DNA of 64,000 bases, taken from IMG/VR virus record IMGVR_UViG_3300012979_000039, positions 1 through 64,000 of that record. One strand, given 5' to 3'. The translations under genes were made by a program, and so were the position numbers. The notes beneath the pieces are model-generated. The model saw nothing but the letters and a program-made list of their open reading frames with translations, did no database searches and had not been told where the DNA came from. Positions 18,816 through 27,593 of this stretch are shown here, in pieces (the first letter of the stretch is position 1; each line of letters opens with the position of its first letter). This DNA comes from a virus. Its lineage: Duplodnaviria > Caudoviricetes.

Positions 18816-19582
18816 TATATCTCGTTGTAAAATTTACCAATAATCTTTATCATTTCTATTGTCAGATAATCCGTTGCCCTTGTCTTTATTACGGGTGGAA
18901 TGCCCCAGATTGCTTCTGCGATACTTCCAACGATTGCTGCGATTGTGTCGCTGTCGCCTCCGACTGCTACCGCCCACCTGATTGCTTCCTCGAAACTGTT
19001 TGCTTTGCGGAGTACCCCGAACACTACTGGCATAGTGCCTTGGCAGGTTTCGTCAAACTTATTGCATCCTACCTTTGGCTCTATCCAAGTGTGTGCGGGG
19101 TAGTAGTCGTTCATCTTGGTTAGCATAATCTCTTTGCCGTATCCCCTCGCATAATAGATAGCTAACGCTGTTGCAACAGCTCCCTTTACTCCCTCTGGAT
19201 GGTTGTGGGTAACCACCGCGCTTTTGGTAGCTTCGACAATTACTTGTTCCTCGGTATTAAAGAGCCACCCTACTGGCGAAACCCTCATAGCGGAGCCGTT
19301 ACCAAAGGAATTGTACGGCTCTAAATCCTCGCCGTGAACCCACCTTGCAAAAGAGCCTCCGTAGCCGCCCATTGGCTCGGGGTATCTTCTGCACCATTCT
19401 TTGAGGTTATAGCCAAGATCCTCAAAATCCACTTTTTTCTGATACGCATCCGCTATCGCAACAGTACATATTGTGTCGTCAGTAAAGTCACACTCGCCTG
19501 TGAATAGCTTGAAATTGAAATCTGTTGTGTTGTTGAACTCGAATCGTGATCCTACGATGTCGCCGATGATTGCTCCTAACAT
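18812..19582 (-). CDS. ADP-ribosylglycohydrolase (DraG/ARH family)
   Basis: GAIIGDIVGS; TDDT; GNGSAMRVSP; THNHPEG; GGDSDTIAAIVGSIAEA. Confidence 0.95.
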   Translation of the reverse strand: MLGAIIGDIVGSRFEFNNTTDFNFKLFTGECDFTDDTICTVAIADAYQKKVDFEDLGYNLKEWCRRYPEPMGGYGGSFARWVHGEDLEPYNSFGNGSAMRVSPVGWLFNTEEQVIVEATKSAVVTHNHPEGVKGAVATALAIYYARGYGKEIMLTKMNDYYPAHTWIEPKVGCNKFDETCQGTMPVVFGVLRKANSFEEAIRWAVAVGGDSDTIAAIVGSIAEAIWGIPPVIKTRATDYLTIEMIKIIGKFYNEIY

Positions 19583-19715
19583 ATCCGTGTAGTATTTATG
19601 GTTTATTTCGTTTTTCTTTCTTATGTAATAGGTTTATACCTTTTTGTCTTTTGAACCGTGCAAAGACGAGCAATACAGCTCTTGCAGGGCAAATTTAATA
19701 AATAGTTCGCAAGAG

Positions 19716-19973
19716 CTAAACTTTATTTAAGGCTTCCTTGAGTGCTTCGATAAGCTCCAGGTGGTCATACGACCTGTTCAAGTCAATCCCATTTACTATG
19801 TGCGGTTCTCCTGCGAGTTCCATTGCTGTGATCGGTCTGTCTTTCTGCGCAATCTGCCAACGGGTGCCATAATCTATTGGCACGAAAGTGAACAGGTAAT
19901 AGTCGCCTCCGTTTCTTTTGTTCCATTCTCTGAACAGCTGTGAGAGATATTGGTTAATTCCGTTGATATTCAT
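19716..19973 (-). CDS. hypothetical protein
   Basis: Part of a tightly packed leftward gene run. Confidence 0.6.
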   Translation of the reverse strand: MNINGINQYLSQLFREWNKRNGGDYYLFTFVPIDYGTRWQIAQKDRPITAMELAGEPHIVNGIDLNRSYDHLELIEALKEALNKV

Positions 19974-20210
19974 CTATCCTAAAATAATGTATTCGTTAAT
20001 TGCTTTCTCAGATGTGATTCCGTGAGGGAGAGCTGCATCGTATATCGATCCATCAAATATCTTGTCAGCTGGAGTAAACGAGAAAAATAACTCGTGATAT
20101 TCATTGCCTTCGTCATCACGGCTGATAAGAATCTTCTTATCTCCGTATCCATTTTTGATAGCTGCTTCGCAATACTTTTGAAGCTGCTTGACTGTTATTG
20201 CTCGTATCAT
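19974..20210 (-). CDS. hypothetical protein
   Basis: ISRDDEGNEYH motif typical of small phage proteins. Confidence 0.65.
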   Translation of the reverse strand: MIRAITVKQLQKYCEAAIKNGYGDKKILISRDDEGNEYHELFFSFTPADKIFDGSIYDAALPHGITSEKAINEYIILG

Positions 20211-20213
20211 ACC

Positions 20214-20645
20214 TTAATCCGTTACTTCGTAGAAATACGACATTGCGTCCTCGTTGTCCTTGTTTGCTTCGCAGTAAGCATCGTGCGCTTCGTAAAACAA
20301 GCCTCTGTAAAGTTCCCGGAGTTCTTTGTTGCCATGTTCGTGATGCTCCCAGCACTTGTGATTGAGGACAAGGACAAGTTCTGTTCCATAGACCGTATTC
20401 TTTATCCATTCCTTGACTGACCTGTCGAATGTCTTGCGTATTGCCCCATTGTCATTCATGCGGCATTCGCAAAACTCCGCAATCGAGAAGTCTTGGAAGA
20501 ATGTGGTCTGCGTTTGATAGCCTGAGAGTTTATTCATGACCCCATTGAACATTTCCTGTTCCATTGCGGCATACTCAACAACTGTCATTGGGTATGGAAT
20601 GCGAAGCGGCATCGCCGCATACTTGATTTTTTCTGTTGTGCTCAT
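20214..20645 (-). CDS. hypothetical protein
   Basis: TTFFQDFSIAE...ELVLVLNHKCW; AATACTACAC motif before the ATG. Confidence 0.7.
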   Translation of the reverse strand: MSTTEKIKYAAMPLRIPYPMTVVEYAAMEQEMFNGVMNKLSGYQTQTTFFQDFSIAEFCECRMNDNGAIRKTFDRSVKEWIKNTVYGTELVLVLNHKCWEHHEHGNKELRELYRGLFYEAHDAYCEANKDNEDAMSYFYEVTD

Positions 20646-20667
20646 TATCGTGTAGTATTAGTTGTTG

Positions 20668-20898
20668 CTATGACCTGTAAAGCGAATAGAGCGTAGTTTT
20701 GTCAGTTTTGAAGTTGCTATGAACTGATACATTGTTCACTCCAATCTCCTTGACAAGTTCCTCATAAGTCGGGTCGTAAATATTGAGGACAAACTCAATA
20801 CCTTTAGGATGTGCGTTAAAAGCAAAATCGATGTCGTGCTTCATTAGCACTTTAGCAATTAGCAGGCAGTTGCCTGTAAGTCTGAAATACTGGTTCAT
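20668..20898 (-). CDS. hypothetical protein
   Basis: Packed leftward ORF. Confidence 0.55.
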   Translation of the reverse strand: MNQYFRLTGNCLLIAKVLMKHDIDFAFNAHPKGIEFVLNIYDPTYEELVKEIGVNNVSVHSNFKTDKTTLYSLYRS

Positions 20899-20899
20899 A

Positions 20900-21319
20900 T
20901 TATTGAATTGTTAAAATTTCTGCCTTGCGCCTTTTAGCCATTTTCTCGGCTTCTTTGCGACCTCTTTCTGTGTCAAGATAAGCCTCTATCCATATCGGGT
21001 GCTCTTTGCCTTTCTTATACACTAAAAGCGACCCTCTTGGGACTTTTCTTATCTGCCCGGAAGCTAACTCAACACGCACAATCTCTCGGTAGTCTGGGTG
21101 TAGCTCATATACTATTCCATGCAGGATTGAATCATCCATAACGTCAATGTCACGTGACCAATCTTCAATCTTTGACCGGCTGCCTGATGCGTCAATCCTC
21201 TTGCCTATATAGCTATGTGTTGCGTAGTCAATACCTGTAACGAAATATATGACCTTTACTCTCTCGTGATCTCTGTATTCATCCACGAACTCAAATGCTT
21301 TCCCAACTATTGATTCCAT
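20900..21319 (-). CDS. hypothetical protein
   Basis: 139-aa packed ORF; degenerate upstream motif AATAACACAG. Confidence 0.6.
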   Translation of the reverse strand: MESIVGKAFEFVDEYRDHERVKVIYFVTGIDYATHSYIGKRIDASGSRSKIEDWSRDIDVMDDSILHGIVYELHPDYREIVRVELASGQIRKVPRGSLLVYKKGKEHPIWIEAYLDTERGRKEAEKMAKRRKAEILTIQ

Positions 21320-21325
21320 ACTGTG

Positions 21326-21550
21326 TTATTTTATCTGTTTGTACCTGCCATTAGCGACTGCTGCTTCAAATGCTTCAATGTCGCAATACCAAACATCGGT
21401 GTATCGCAAATTGCCGCATATGATGTCTTTTGTGCCGTAGTAACAGTCGTCTGTTACAATGGCGCCCGCCTTTTCGATTCCCTCTATCTTGTAGATAAAA
21501 GTCGTCTTGCCGAACTTGAACTCAAATCGCTGTCCTATTCTCTGTGTCAT
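21326..21550 (-). CDS. hypothetical protein
   Basis: Start placed at MTQRIG because a degenerate motif (ACTAACACGGTT) precedes that ATG. Confidence 0.55.
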   Translation of the reverse strand: MTQRIGQRFEFKFGKTTFIYKIEGIEKAGAIVTDDCYYGTKDIICGNLRYTDVWYCDIEAFEAAVANGRYKQIK

Positions 21551-21557
21551 AACCGTG

Positions 21558-21962
21558 TTAGTTAAAAATCCAATATCCATAGACACACCTTGTGCCTTTT
21601 CTGCTGCAATCGTAAGTGTCATTGATCACTCCGTCAATGACTGCGACCAAGTGACCTGAGCAACTACATACGATTCTGCCTTTCGGCAATTCCTCTGCCC
21701 GGAGGTGGGTTTTGCAACCGCTTCCGATTGTCATACAAGGCACCCATTTTGCTCCGAGCTGTTCCATTACCTTGCGGATAGCCGTCTTGCTTACCCCGTC
21801 TCTTGGCGTTTTACCGCCTATCTTTTTATACAGGTTATATACCTCCTTGTAGTCCCTTTGACTTGCTATTGCGGTTGCTCTGGTAACGCAATCGCCAACC
21901 TTCTTTGCTGTGAAATAATTGCTACGACCTCCGTCGTTGTAGTTAAACCGTGTAGTGCTCAT
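21558..21962 (-). CDS. conserved phage protein with possible papain-like Cys-His-Asp triad
   Basis: GDCVTRA ... GHLVAVIDG.I.DTYD. Confidence 0.55.
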   Translation of the reverse strand: MSTTRFNYNDGGRSNYFTAKKVGDCVTRATAIASQRDYKEVYNLYKKIGGKTPRDGVSKTAIRKVMEQLGAKWVPCMTIGSGCKTHLRAEELPKGRIVCSCSGHLVAVIDGVINDTYDCSRKGTRCVYGYWIFN

Positions 21963-21974
21963 TTTGATATAGCA

Positions 21975-22355
21975 TTAAAAATTGAACTTGTAATCTATGT
22001 GTCTATAAACCCAGCCCTTTTCGGTGCGCTTAATAGCGAATGAGTAGCCCCAATTTGGGCGGTAGCTCTCGCCCTTTCCTTCCTCTTTAAAGAACCTCTC
22101 CCAATAATTCGCCCTGAAGTTCGGGTCTTCGAGATTATTGCCCCAGTAACATCTGCTCTCCGAGGGAATGCAGAATATTGTTTCCCCAACCTTGAGTTCC
22201 CTGACGGCATCCATACACTCCATTAACGAGCGCATTCCAAACATTCCTACTGAGGTGTTCATCTGCTGGATAATGATGAATCCTCGCAGATTACTGAACT
22301 CATCTGCCTTGAATCTAAGGCTTCTCTTTGTGTCAAGTGTGAGTGTCGCTTCCAT
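21975..22355 (-). CDS. hypothetical protein
   Basis: Start at MEATLT, preceded by AATAACTACACG. Confidence 0.6.
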   Translation of the reverse strand: MEATLTLDTKRSLRFKADEFSNLRGFIIIQQMNTSVGMFGMRSLMECMDAVRELKVGETIFCIPSESRCYWGNNLEDPNFRANYWERFFKEEGKGESYRPNWGYSFAIKRTEKGWVYRHIDYKFNF

Positions 22356-22365
22356 AGTCGTGTAG

Positions 22366-22752
22366 TTATTTGATGATTCTTTCCTCTCCTGATTCGTTGA
22401 TGAAGTAACCCATAAGGTCGTGTCCATTATGACCTCCGTAATAGCCGTGCTGATAAGACACTCCAATATTGAAGGCCACTCCCATTTCCTCGTCAGGGTC
22501 ATTTGCCCAGACATCCATGCGGAGTTCCACCTTGGCGAAAAGTTGCTTTAAGATTGCGTTGTTCCTCATCTTATTGTCAATATCATTCAGAGTGTCTATC
22601 GCTTGAATATAAATACCACCATTGTAGCGTTTTCCAAGCTCAAACTTGAGATTTACCTTAACTCCGAGAGTTTCCTTGATAGCCTTTTCGACTTTTGCCT
22701 TGCACTGACTTTCGATGAAAGCGAGTACCTTTTCTGCGTGTTCCTGTGTCAT
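22366..22752 (-). CDS. hypothetical protein, first gene after an early promoter
   Basis: CTTAATACTACAC before the ATG; directly downstream of the 63-bp repeat promoter. Confidence 0.65.
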   Translation of the reverse strand: MTQEHAEKVLAFIESQCKAKVEKAIKETLGVKVNLKFELGKRYNGGIYIQAIDTLNDIDNKMRNNAILKQLFAKVELRMDVWANDPDEEMGVAFNIGVSYQHGYYGGHNGHDLMGYFINESGEERIIK

Positions 22753-22779
22753 TGTTGTGTAGTATTAAGAATGTTTATG

Positions 22780-22842
22780 TTATAATCACAGGGCAAAATT
22801 AATAATTATTTTAAAATAATAAAAATTTCTTACGGAAAATTT
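22780..22842 (-). promoter_or_regulatory. 63-bp direct repeat, copy 1 (leftward promoter)
   Basis: Identical to 27457-27519; contains TAATTTTG (TAnnTTTG) on the minus strand. Confidence 0.8.
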
Positions 22843-22894
22843 GGCAAAATTTTTAACTTTCCCTGAGAAGACCAAAGAAAAAGCACCGCTGTCG

Positions 22895-24319
22895 TCAGAA
22901 ATTGACAGCGATGCCTTGTTGTCTTATGCTCTGCTTCCAGTCTTTGCGTTGGCAGATATCACGGATTTGCCACATATTAGAATTGACGGCGTTCAGGATT
23001 TCCTCGTGCCGGTCAGTCGGCTGGTTGTGCTTGCCGTAGCATTGATTGACTTTGAAGTCTCGGAGATTGATCTCGATGGTTTCAAGTCGTTCCCCTTTTC
23101 CGTCCCTCGCAGAAAGGATAAGGCTGAGAGGTTTCTTGTAATATCCCATTGAATAGACGCAATGGTGCATTGCAATACCTTCCTCTGCAAATTCTTCTAC
23201 CGATTTTAGCGGCTCAATGCTCAAGTCTTTGTCTTGGATATGGATGCCGAAGAAGAAGCCTTTTAATGACGGATAAGCGGCTCGTATCTTCTCGTCCTCT
23301 TGCTTCCGCTTGATAGCCTCAGCTTCTGCTCTTGCTTGTCGGCGAGCCTCTGCAAGTTGGTACAGTTCCCTCTGGCGTTGCTGCTCTTTCTCGCGTTGTC
23401 TCTGCATCATGTGCAAAACCTTGCCGTGCATTTCGTGCCAATCCTGTGGACATATCCAATGCGGAGAGCGAAGATCCTTTTTCAACTTCTTCAACATCAA
23501 GAGGTAGTCGATGTAGTTCTGCCATCCCACTGCCTTTATATCGTATTTGTGTCGCAAAGCAATTCTTATGCTTGGGTACATATCAGTTATATGCTTGCGT
23601 GCATCAGGCGGTATATCGCGGATTTCTTGGTATCTGCCCTGCTTATATAACTGCTCAAGGTAGGGGTTGGAGAGAATGACGCCGAAGGTCTGTTGCACAT
23701 CGTTATCAAAGGGGTTTCCATTGAATCCGCATTTGCGGTAAACAGGTAGCGTTTTCCAACGAGGATAGACTTTCAAGTACATCCATTCGGTGTGGTAGCC
23801 GGCGCCTCGCCACTCTCCTTTCTTGATGCTCATTGCACTACATAGACTGTAAGGCGACCGGCAGGAGTATGACATCATATTGATACCTACGCCCTGTGTG
23901 ATTTCCGTATGATGCGGCTTGTACCACTTCCGCATTACCTCTCGGACATAGTATTTGGCACCGCTCTTTACAGACCAATCCATTCGGACTTCGTAGTAGC
24001 GATTGACCTGCCAGCCCTTATGTACCGTCAAGACGACAAAGTAAAAGCACTCCTTGATACCTCGCCGTTGGTAAGACTTCTTTATTTCCGCTCCACAGCA
24101 AGGACACTCTATGACAGCCTCCGATATGTCAGCACGAACTGCCTCGATTGGTATTCTGTTCCCGCAATGGGTGCAATAGCACCGCGTTTCTGTGGGATTT
24201 ACCCACGCAAAATGCTTGACGGCATTCTTGATCGCCCAATCGTATTGAGCCTGAGATAGCCGCCTTAAACTGCCCGAAAGACGGCTAATCTCTTTCTCTA
24301 CTTTTGTCTTGGGTTTCAT
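22895..24319 (-). CDS. PcfJ-like protein
   Basis: N-terminal zinc ribbon (CTHCG...CPCCG); DYL.ML.KL.KDLRSP..ICP; EEGIAMHHCV; LETIEINL. Confidence 0.85.
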   Translation of the reverse strand: MKPKTKVEKEISRLSGSLRRLSQAQYDWAIKNAVKHFAWVNPTETRCYCTHCGNRIPIEAVRADISEAVIECPCCGAEIKKSYQRRGIKECFYFVVLTVHKGWQVNRYYEVRMDWSVKSGAKYYVREVMRKWYKPHHTEITQGVGINMMSYSCRSPYSLCSAMSIKKGEWRGAGYHTEWMYLKVYPRWKTLPVYRKCGFNGNPFDNDVQQTFGVILSNPYLEQLYKQGRYQEIRDIPPDARKHITDMYPSIRIALRHKYDIKAVGWQNYIDYLLMLKKLKKDLRSPHWICPQDWHEMHGKVLHMMQRQREKEQQRQRELYQLAEARRQARAEAEAIKRKQEDEKIRAAYPSLKGFFFGIHIQDKDLSIEPLKSVEEFAEEGIAMHHCVYSMGYYKKPLSLILSARDGKGERLETIEINLRDFKVNQCYGKHNQPTDRHEEILNAVNSNMWQIRDICQRKDWKQSIRQQGIAVNF

Positions 24320-24321
24320 AA

Positions 24322-24756
24322 TCAGAATAGGCTTGGCATTTCTTCCTCTTTCTTCAACGCTTCCTGACGCTTCTTCTCCACTCTCTCCTTTTCTTTCTTC
24401 TCCTTCTCCATGAGTTTGCGTAGTTCCTCTTTCTTGAATGCTTCAATTGCGTCAGCCTTTGCTTTTGCCTTGTCCTCCTCTGTCAGTTCGACCTTGTGGT
24501 TCACGACAACCGTGCCCTTAACCGCTTTGATTTCTCCGAGATCATCTTCCTCGTAGTAATGCACAGCCATTCCGAAAATCTCATCATCGGTAAAGCCGTT
24601 GCAGCCTGACTTTTGAACCGAGCTGAGGATATAGTTACAGCATTCCTCAATGCTCTTGCCCTCTTTGGCATACTTCTGTGCGAAGTTGTCGTCAAAGCCC
24701 GCAAGGTTATCCAAGTGGGCTTTGATTGTTCTTTGAAATTCCTGTGTAGTATTCAT
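24322..24756 (-). CDS. acrIIA9: PcfK-like / AcrIIA9-family protein
   Basis: F..TIK..LD...D..FA..YAKE.K.I.EC..YIL..V..SGC.G.TDDEIF.MAVHYY.E; VVVNHKVELTEE.KA. Confidence 0.7.
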   Translation of the reverse strand: MNTTQEFQRTIKAHLDNLAGFDDNFAQKYAKEGKSIEECCNYILSSVQKSGCNGFTDDEIFGMAVHYYEEDDLGEIKAVKGTVVVNHKVELTEEDKAKAKADAIEAFKKEELRKLMEKEKKEKERVEKKRQEALKKEEEMPSLF

Positions 24757-24762
24757 TTTGTG

Positions 24763-25122
24763 TTAGTCTTGAAGATGTAGAATAGATTTTGCTACTTCTG
24801 TGCAATATCGCATCCTTTCAGCTGGGATCATTTTGTTCCACATAAACTTTTTGATATAGCCCCAGAATGAGCAACCTCTCTTGTCGCAAGTAGGGGAGTC
24901 AATTACTATGTATTTCCCTTTGTTAAAGTCAACGTAAGCATTGATATACGCAATCTTATTATGGTGCAGCTCTGTCTTACCGTTACGCTTTGCCCAGTCA
25001 TTATAAGGCTCAATATTGACTTTTACATTCTCGTCAGAGAAGAACCATTTGAGGCTGTCGTATAGCTCTTTTGCAAGCGGTTCTATCTCTGACGGTTCTC
25101 TGTCTTTGTAGTATCCGTTCAT
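24763..25122 (-). CDS. hypothetical protein
   Basis: Packed leftward ORF. Confidence 0.6.
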   Translation of the reverse strand: MNGYYKDREPSEIEPLAKELYDSLKWFFSDENVKVNIEPYNDWAKRNGKTELHHNKIAYINAYVDFNKGKYIVIDSPTCDKRGCSFWGYIKKFMWNKMIPAERMRYCTEVAKSILHLQD

Positions 25123-25424
25123 CGCTCTATCACTTTAAGCTCAGAAGCAACCACCTCGTAATAAACTCTCTCCGTTCCATTCGCTGATGTATATATTTGC
25201 TGACGAAGCCTGCCGATAACTTTAACAACATCACCTTCCCCGACTTGTGTCTTCTCCCAAGCGACGACATTATGCCAGGTGCCCTCGCGGATAATAGAGC
25301 CGTCCTTTAATCTATTCAAATGCTCTGTATAAAGGGAGAAATTCTGAACGGTCATTCCCTGCACATGGTTGGTCCTTACACAGCCAACGCTTCCTTGCAA
25401 TTCGATTTTGTTTATAAATTCCAT
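25119..25424 (-). CDS. ssb: single-stranded DNA-binding protein (short OB fold)
   Basis: INKIELQGSVG; FSLYT; TWHNVVAW; V.VIGRLR...Y; YEVVASEL. Confidence 0.85.
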   Translation of the reverse strand: MEFINKIELQGSVGCVRTNHVQGMTVQNFSLYTEHLNRLKDGSIIREGTWHNVVAWEKTQVGEGDVVKVIGRLRQQIYTSANGTERVYYEVVASELKVIER

Positions 25425-25437
25425 ATTAAGTAGTCCA

Positions 25438-25683
25438 TTAATCCTGTTTTTGTGATATCCTCGTGACCTCTTGCTTGATAATCCTGCATTTTGTCGTCAC
25501 CTTTGCGTTAGTTTGAGTGATATGAGCAGCGTATAGGGCACCAAGTGATGTTCCTATATGCTCCTGTCCAAACTGGGCGAAGATCGCCCGTAAACTGCCG
25601 AAATAGTAATCGGTCTTACCTTCTACCGGTTCAAAGAAATGAACCTGAATAATCTGGCTTTTTGATGTCTTTTCTTTGCTCAT
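25438..25683 (-). CDS. hypothetical protein
   Basis: VHF...YYFGSLRAIF pattern. Confidence 0.6.
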   Translation of the reverse strand: MSKEKTSKSQIIQVHFFEPVEGKTDYYFGSLRAIFAQFGQEHIGTSLGALYAAHITQTNAKVTTKCRIIKQEVTRISQKQD

Positions 25684-25694
25684 GTTGTGTTGTG

Positions 25695-25847
25695 TTAATT
25701 GGTTAATTCTATCTTATACCATTCTACCTCCGGCTCGTCAAGCCCAAAAAACTGAATGATATAAGCCTCTGATTTGTCCCCTGTGAAATAAGTTGTTCGT
25801 GGTGTCGGTTTGCCTACCTCCTTGTAAGTGATTCTGTACTTTTTCAT
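25695..25847 (-). CDS. small hypothetical protein (50 aa, not in ORF track)
   Basis: MKKYRITYKEVGKPTPRTTYFTGDKSEAYIIQFFGLDEPEVEWYKIELTN; ACTTAATACTACAC before the ATG. Confidence 0.6.
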   Translation of the reverse strand: MKKYRITYKEVGKPTPRTTYFTGDKSEAYIIQFFGLDEPEVEWYKIELTN

Positions 25848-25961
25848 ATTGTGTAGTATTAAGTGTGTCTCAAAAGAAAACCCGATAGTTTTGCCCAGAT
25901 TGAGCGAAATGAAGAAGTTTACTAGTGTGCAAGATGAGAACCTATCGGGTTTATATATAAT

Positions 25962-26867
25962 CTATTCTTCCTTATTTCCGTCAAAGATGTAATCCACCGC
26001 TTTCTGCGCCTGTCCCGCGGCAATCACTATCATCTTCTTGTCATTCTTCAAGGCTTCGAGCCATCCCTGCAAGTATGCAACCGAGTTCTTGAATGCCTTT
26101 TCGCAGTCAATGCCCAAACGGTTAAGCGTCATTGCTGAGCCGATTTCTGCTACAAGCTCCTCCTTTGCGTAGGATACATCTCCGAAGGCGGCCACTCCGT
26201 CAATCTTGCGGTTGCACCTGGTGCCTATTCCCGTACTGTGAGTGAGTTCGTGATAAAGTGTGGAATAGTATTCCTCGACAACCTCATACTGGGAAAGTTC
26301 AGGGACAACGACCTTGTCCTCTTTTGGCGAATAGTAGGCCCTGTCGCTGTGTTCAACTACGAGTGTCAGTCCGTCTTCCCTTTCAACATATTCTTTGGCG
26401 ACCCTTTCCGCTTCCTCTATTGGATTATGGGTGTTGCCCGTCTCCCTCTCTATTTTGCTCTCAATACCCTCGATGTCGTCGATGTGGAAAACATTGTAGA
26501 ATCGAAGAACCGGATAGCCGTAATTAGTTATAACGGTCTTGACCTTGCCCGTCTCTTCCCCCGTTTCTTCGTCAATCTCCTTAACTTTCTTCTGATTGAT
26601 CACGGTATAGAATACTACCATCTTTGCTTTTGCCCCTTTCTTGACCTGACCTCCGAGAGCGGACGCCTGCTTGTATGTGAGGTATTCGCCCGGCTTTCCG
26701 AGCAGCATCTGATTCAGGAGAGAATAAGGTCTGCGGGAGACATAACTGATTGCTTCTTCCGAGCCTCCGCACCAAGGCTTCTGCCAAGGAATGATGCCCT
26801 TCTCCATTTCTGCGATGATGTGTTCAGTAACGATGTCGTAAACATCTACTTTGTTCTTCTGTGCCAT
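25962..26867 (-). CDS. ardC: ArdC-like antirestriction protein (ssDNA-binding + zincin domain)
   Basis: IPWQKPW; RPYSLLNQMLL; YLTYKQA..LGGQVKKG; RAYYSP..D.V..P..SQY; HELTHSTG; YAKEELVAEIGS; YLQGWL. Confidence 0.85.
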   Translation of the reverse strand: MAQKNKVDVYDIVTEHIIAEMEKGIIPWQKPWCGGSEEAISYVSRRPYSLLNQMLLGKPGEYLTYKQASALGGQVKKGAKAKMVVFYTVINQKKVKEIDEETGEETGKVKTVITNYGYPVLRFYNVFHIDDIEGIESKIERETGNTHNPIEEAERVAKEYVEREDGLTLVVEHSDRAYYSPKEDKVVVPELSQYEVVEEYYSTLYHELTHSTGIGTRCNRKIDGVAAFGDVSYAKEELVAEIGSAMTLNRLGIDCEKAFKNSVAYLQGWLEALKNDKKMIVIAAGQAQKAVDYIFDGNKEE

Positions 26868-26889
26868 ATCCGTGTAGTAGTTAAATGAT

Positions 26890-27078
26890 TTATATTTCTT
26901 CTTCCAATTCTTCCTTAGTCATATAATTCTTGACGAGGATTCTTCCGCTTAGATAGCAAATGCCAAGCATCGAAAACGACCAAATCAATTGTAATATTGC
27001 TGTTTCTGCTTCCGCACATGCAAGGAATAAACTCATAAGGCATACAATGCCAAGAACGGTTTTCATAATCTCTTTCAT
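26890..27078 (-). CDS. small two-TM membrane protein
   Basis: Two hydrophobic stretches. Confidence 0.55.
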   Translation of the reverse strand: MKEIMKTVLGIVCLMSLFLACAEAETAILQLIWSFSMLGICYLSGRILVKNYMTKEELEEEI

Positions 27079-27428
27079 TGTTCATCCTCCTCATCATTAG
27101 TTGTTTCACATTCCTGTAATCTGTCAAGCTCCACTGCGTCCATTGACCAGTATCGCTTTGCTCTGCGGAGGCACCCTCTCCAGAAAGAAAGCCAATCTTT
27201 TGCGTCGTCCTCGTCAAGCATCGTTTCTTGGTTGAGTTCTTCATCCTCTGTCCAAGTGAGAATACCTTTTTCTGTCATGTTGAAATGCCTTACGTTCCTT
27301 GTAGTAAAAGCGTCTTCATAAAGAGCGATCTCACCTGCTTCGTTTACGTCAGATTCTTTTGCAAAAGCTTCGAGGTCGTCATTGAACCTTTCCCAAGCCT
27401 TGATGTGTCTGTTGCTAATCTTTGTCAT
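27075..27428 (-). CDS. hypothetical protein, first gene after an early promoter
   Basis: Start MTKISN preceded by ACACTACACGG. Confidence 0.6.
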   Translation of the reverse strand: MTKISNRHIKAWERFNDDLEAFAKESDVNEAGEIALYEDAFTTRNVRHFNMTEKGILTWTEDEELNQETMLDEDDAKDWLSFWRGCLRRAKRYWSMDAVELDRLQECETTNDEEDEQ

Positions 27429-27456
27429 TTCCGTGTAGTGTTTAGAAGTGTTTGTA

Positions 27457-27519
27457 TTATAATCACAGGGCAAAATTAATAATTATTTTAAAATAATAAA
27501 AATTTCTTACGGAAAATTT
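27457..27519 (-). promoter_or_regulatory. 63-bp direct repeat, copy 2 (leftward promoter)
   Basis: Identical to 22780-22842. Confidence 0.8.
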
Positions 27520-27593
27520 TATGCCTATTTTATAATATTGTATAATGCAAGCAAAGCTCTACTATGCTAACTTATTGAAACTTAATAAGAACA

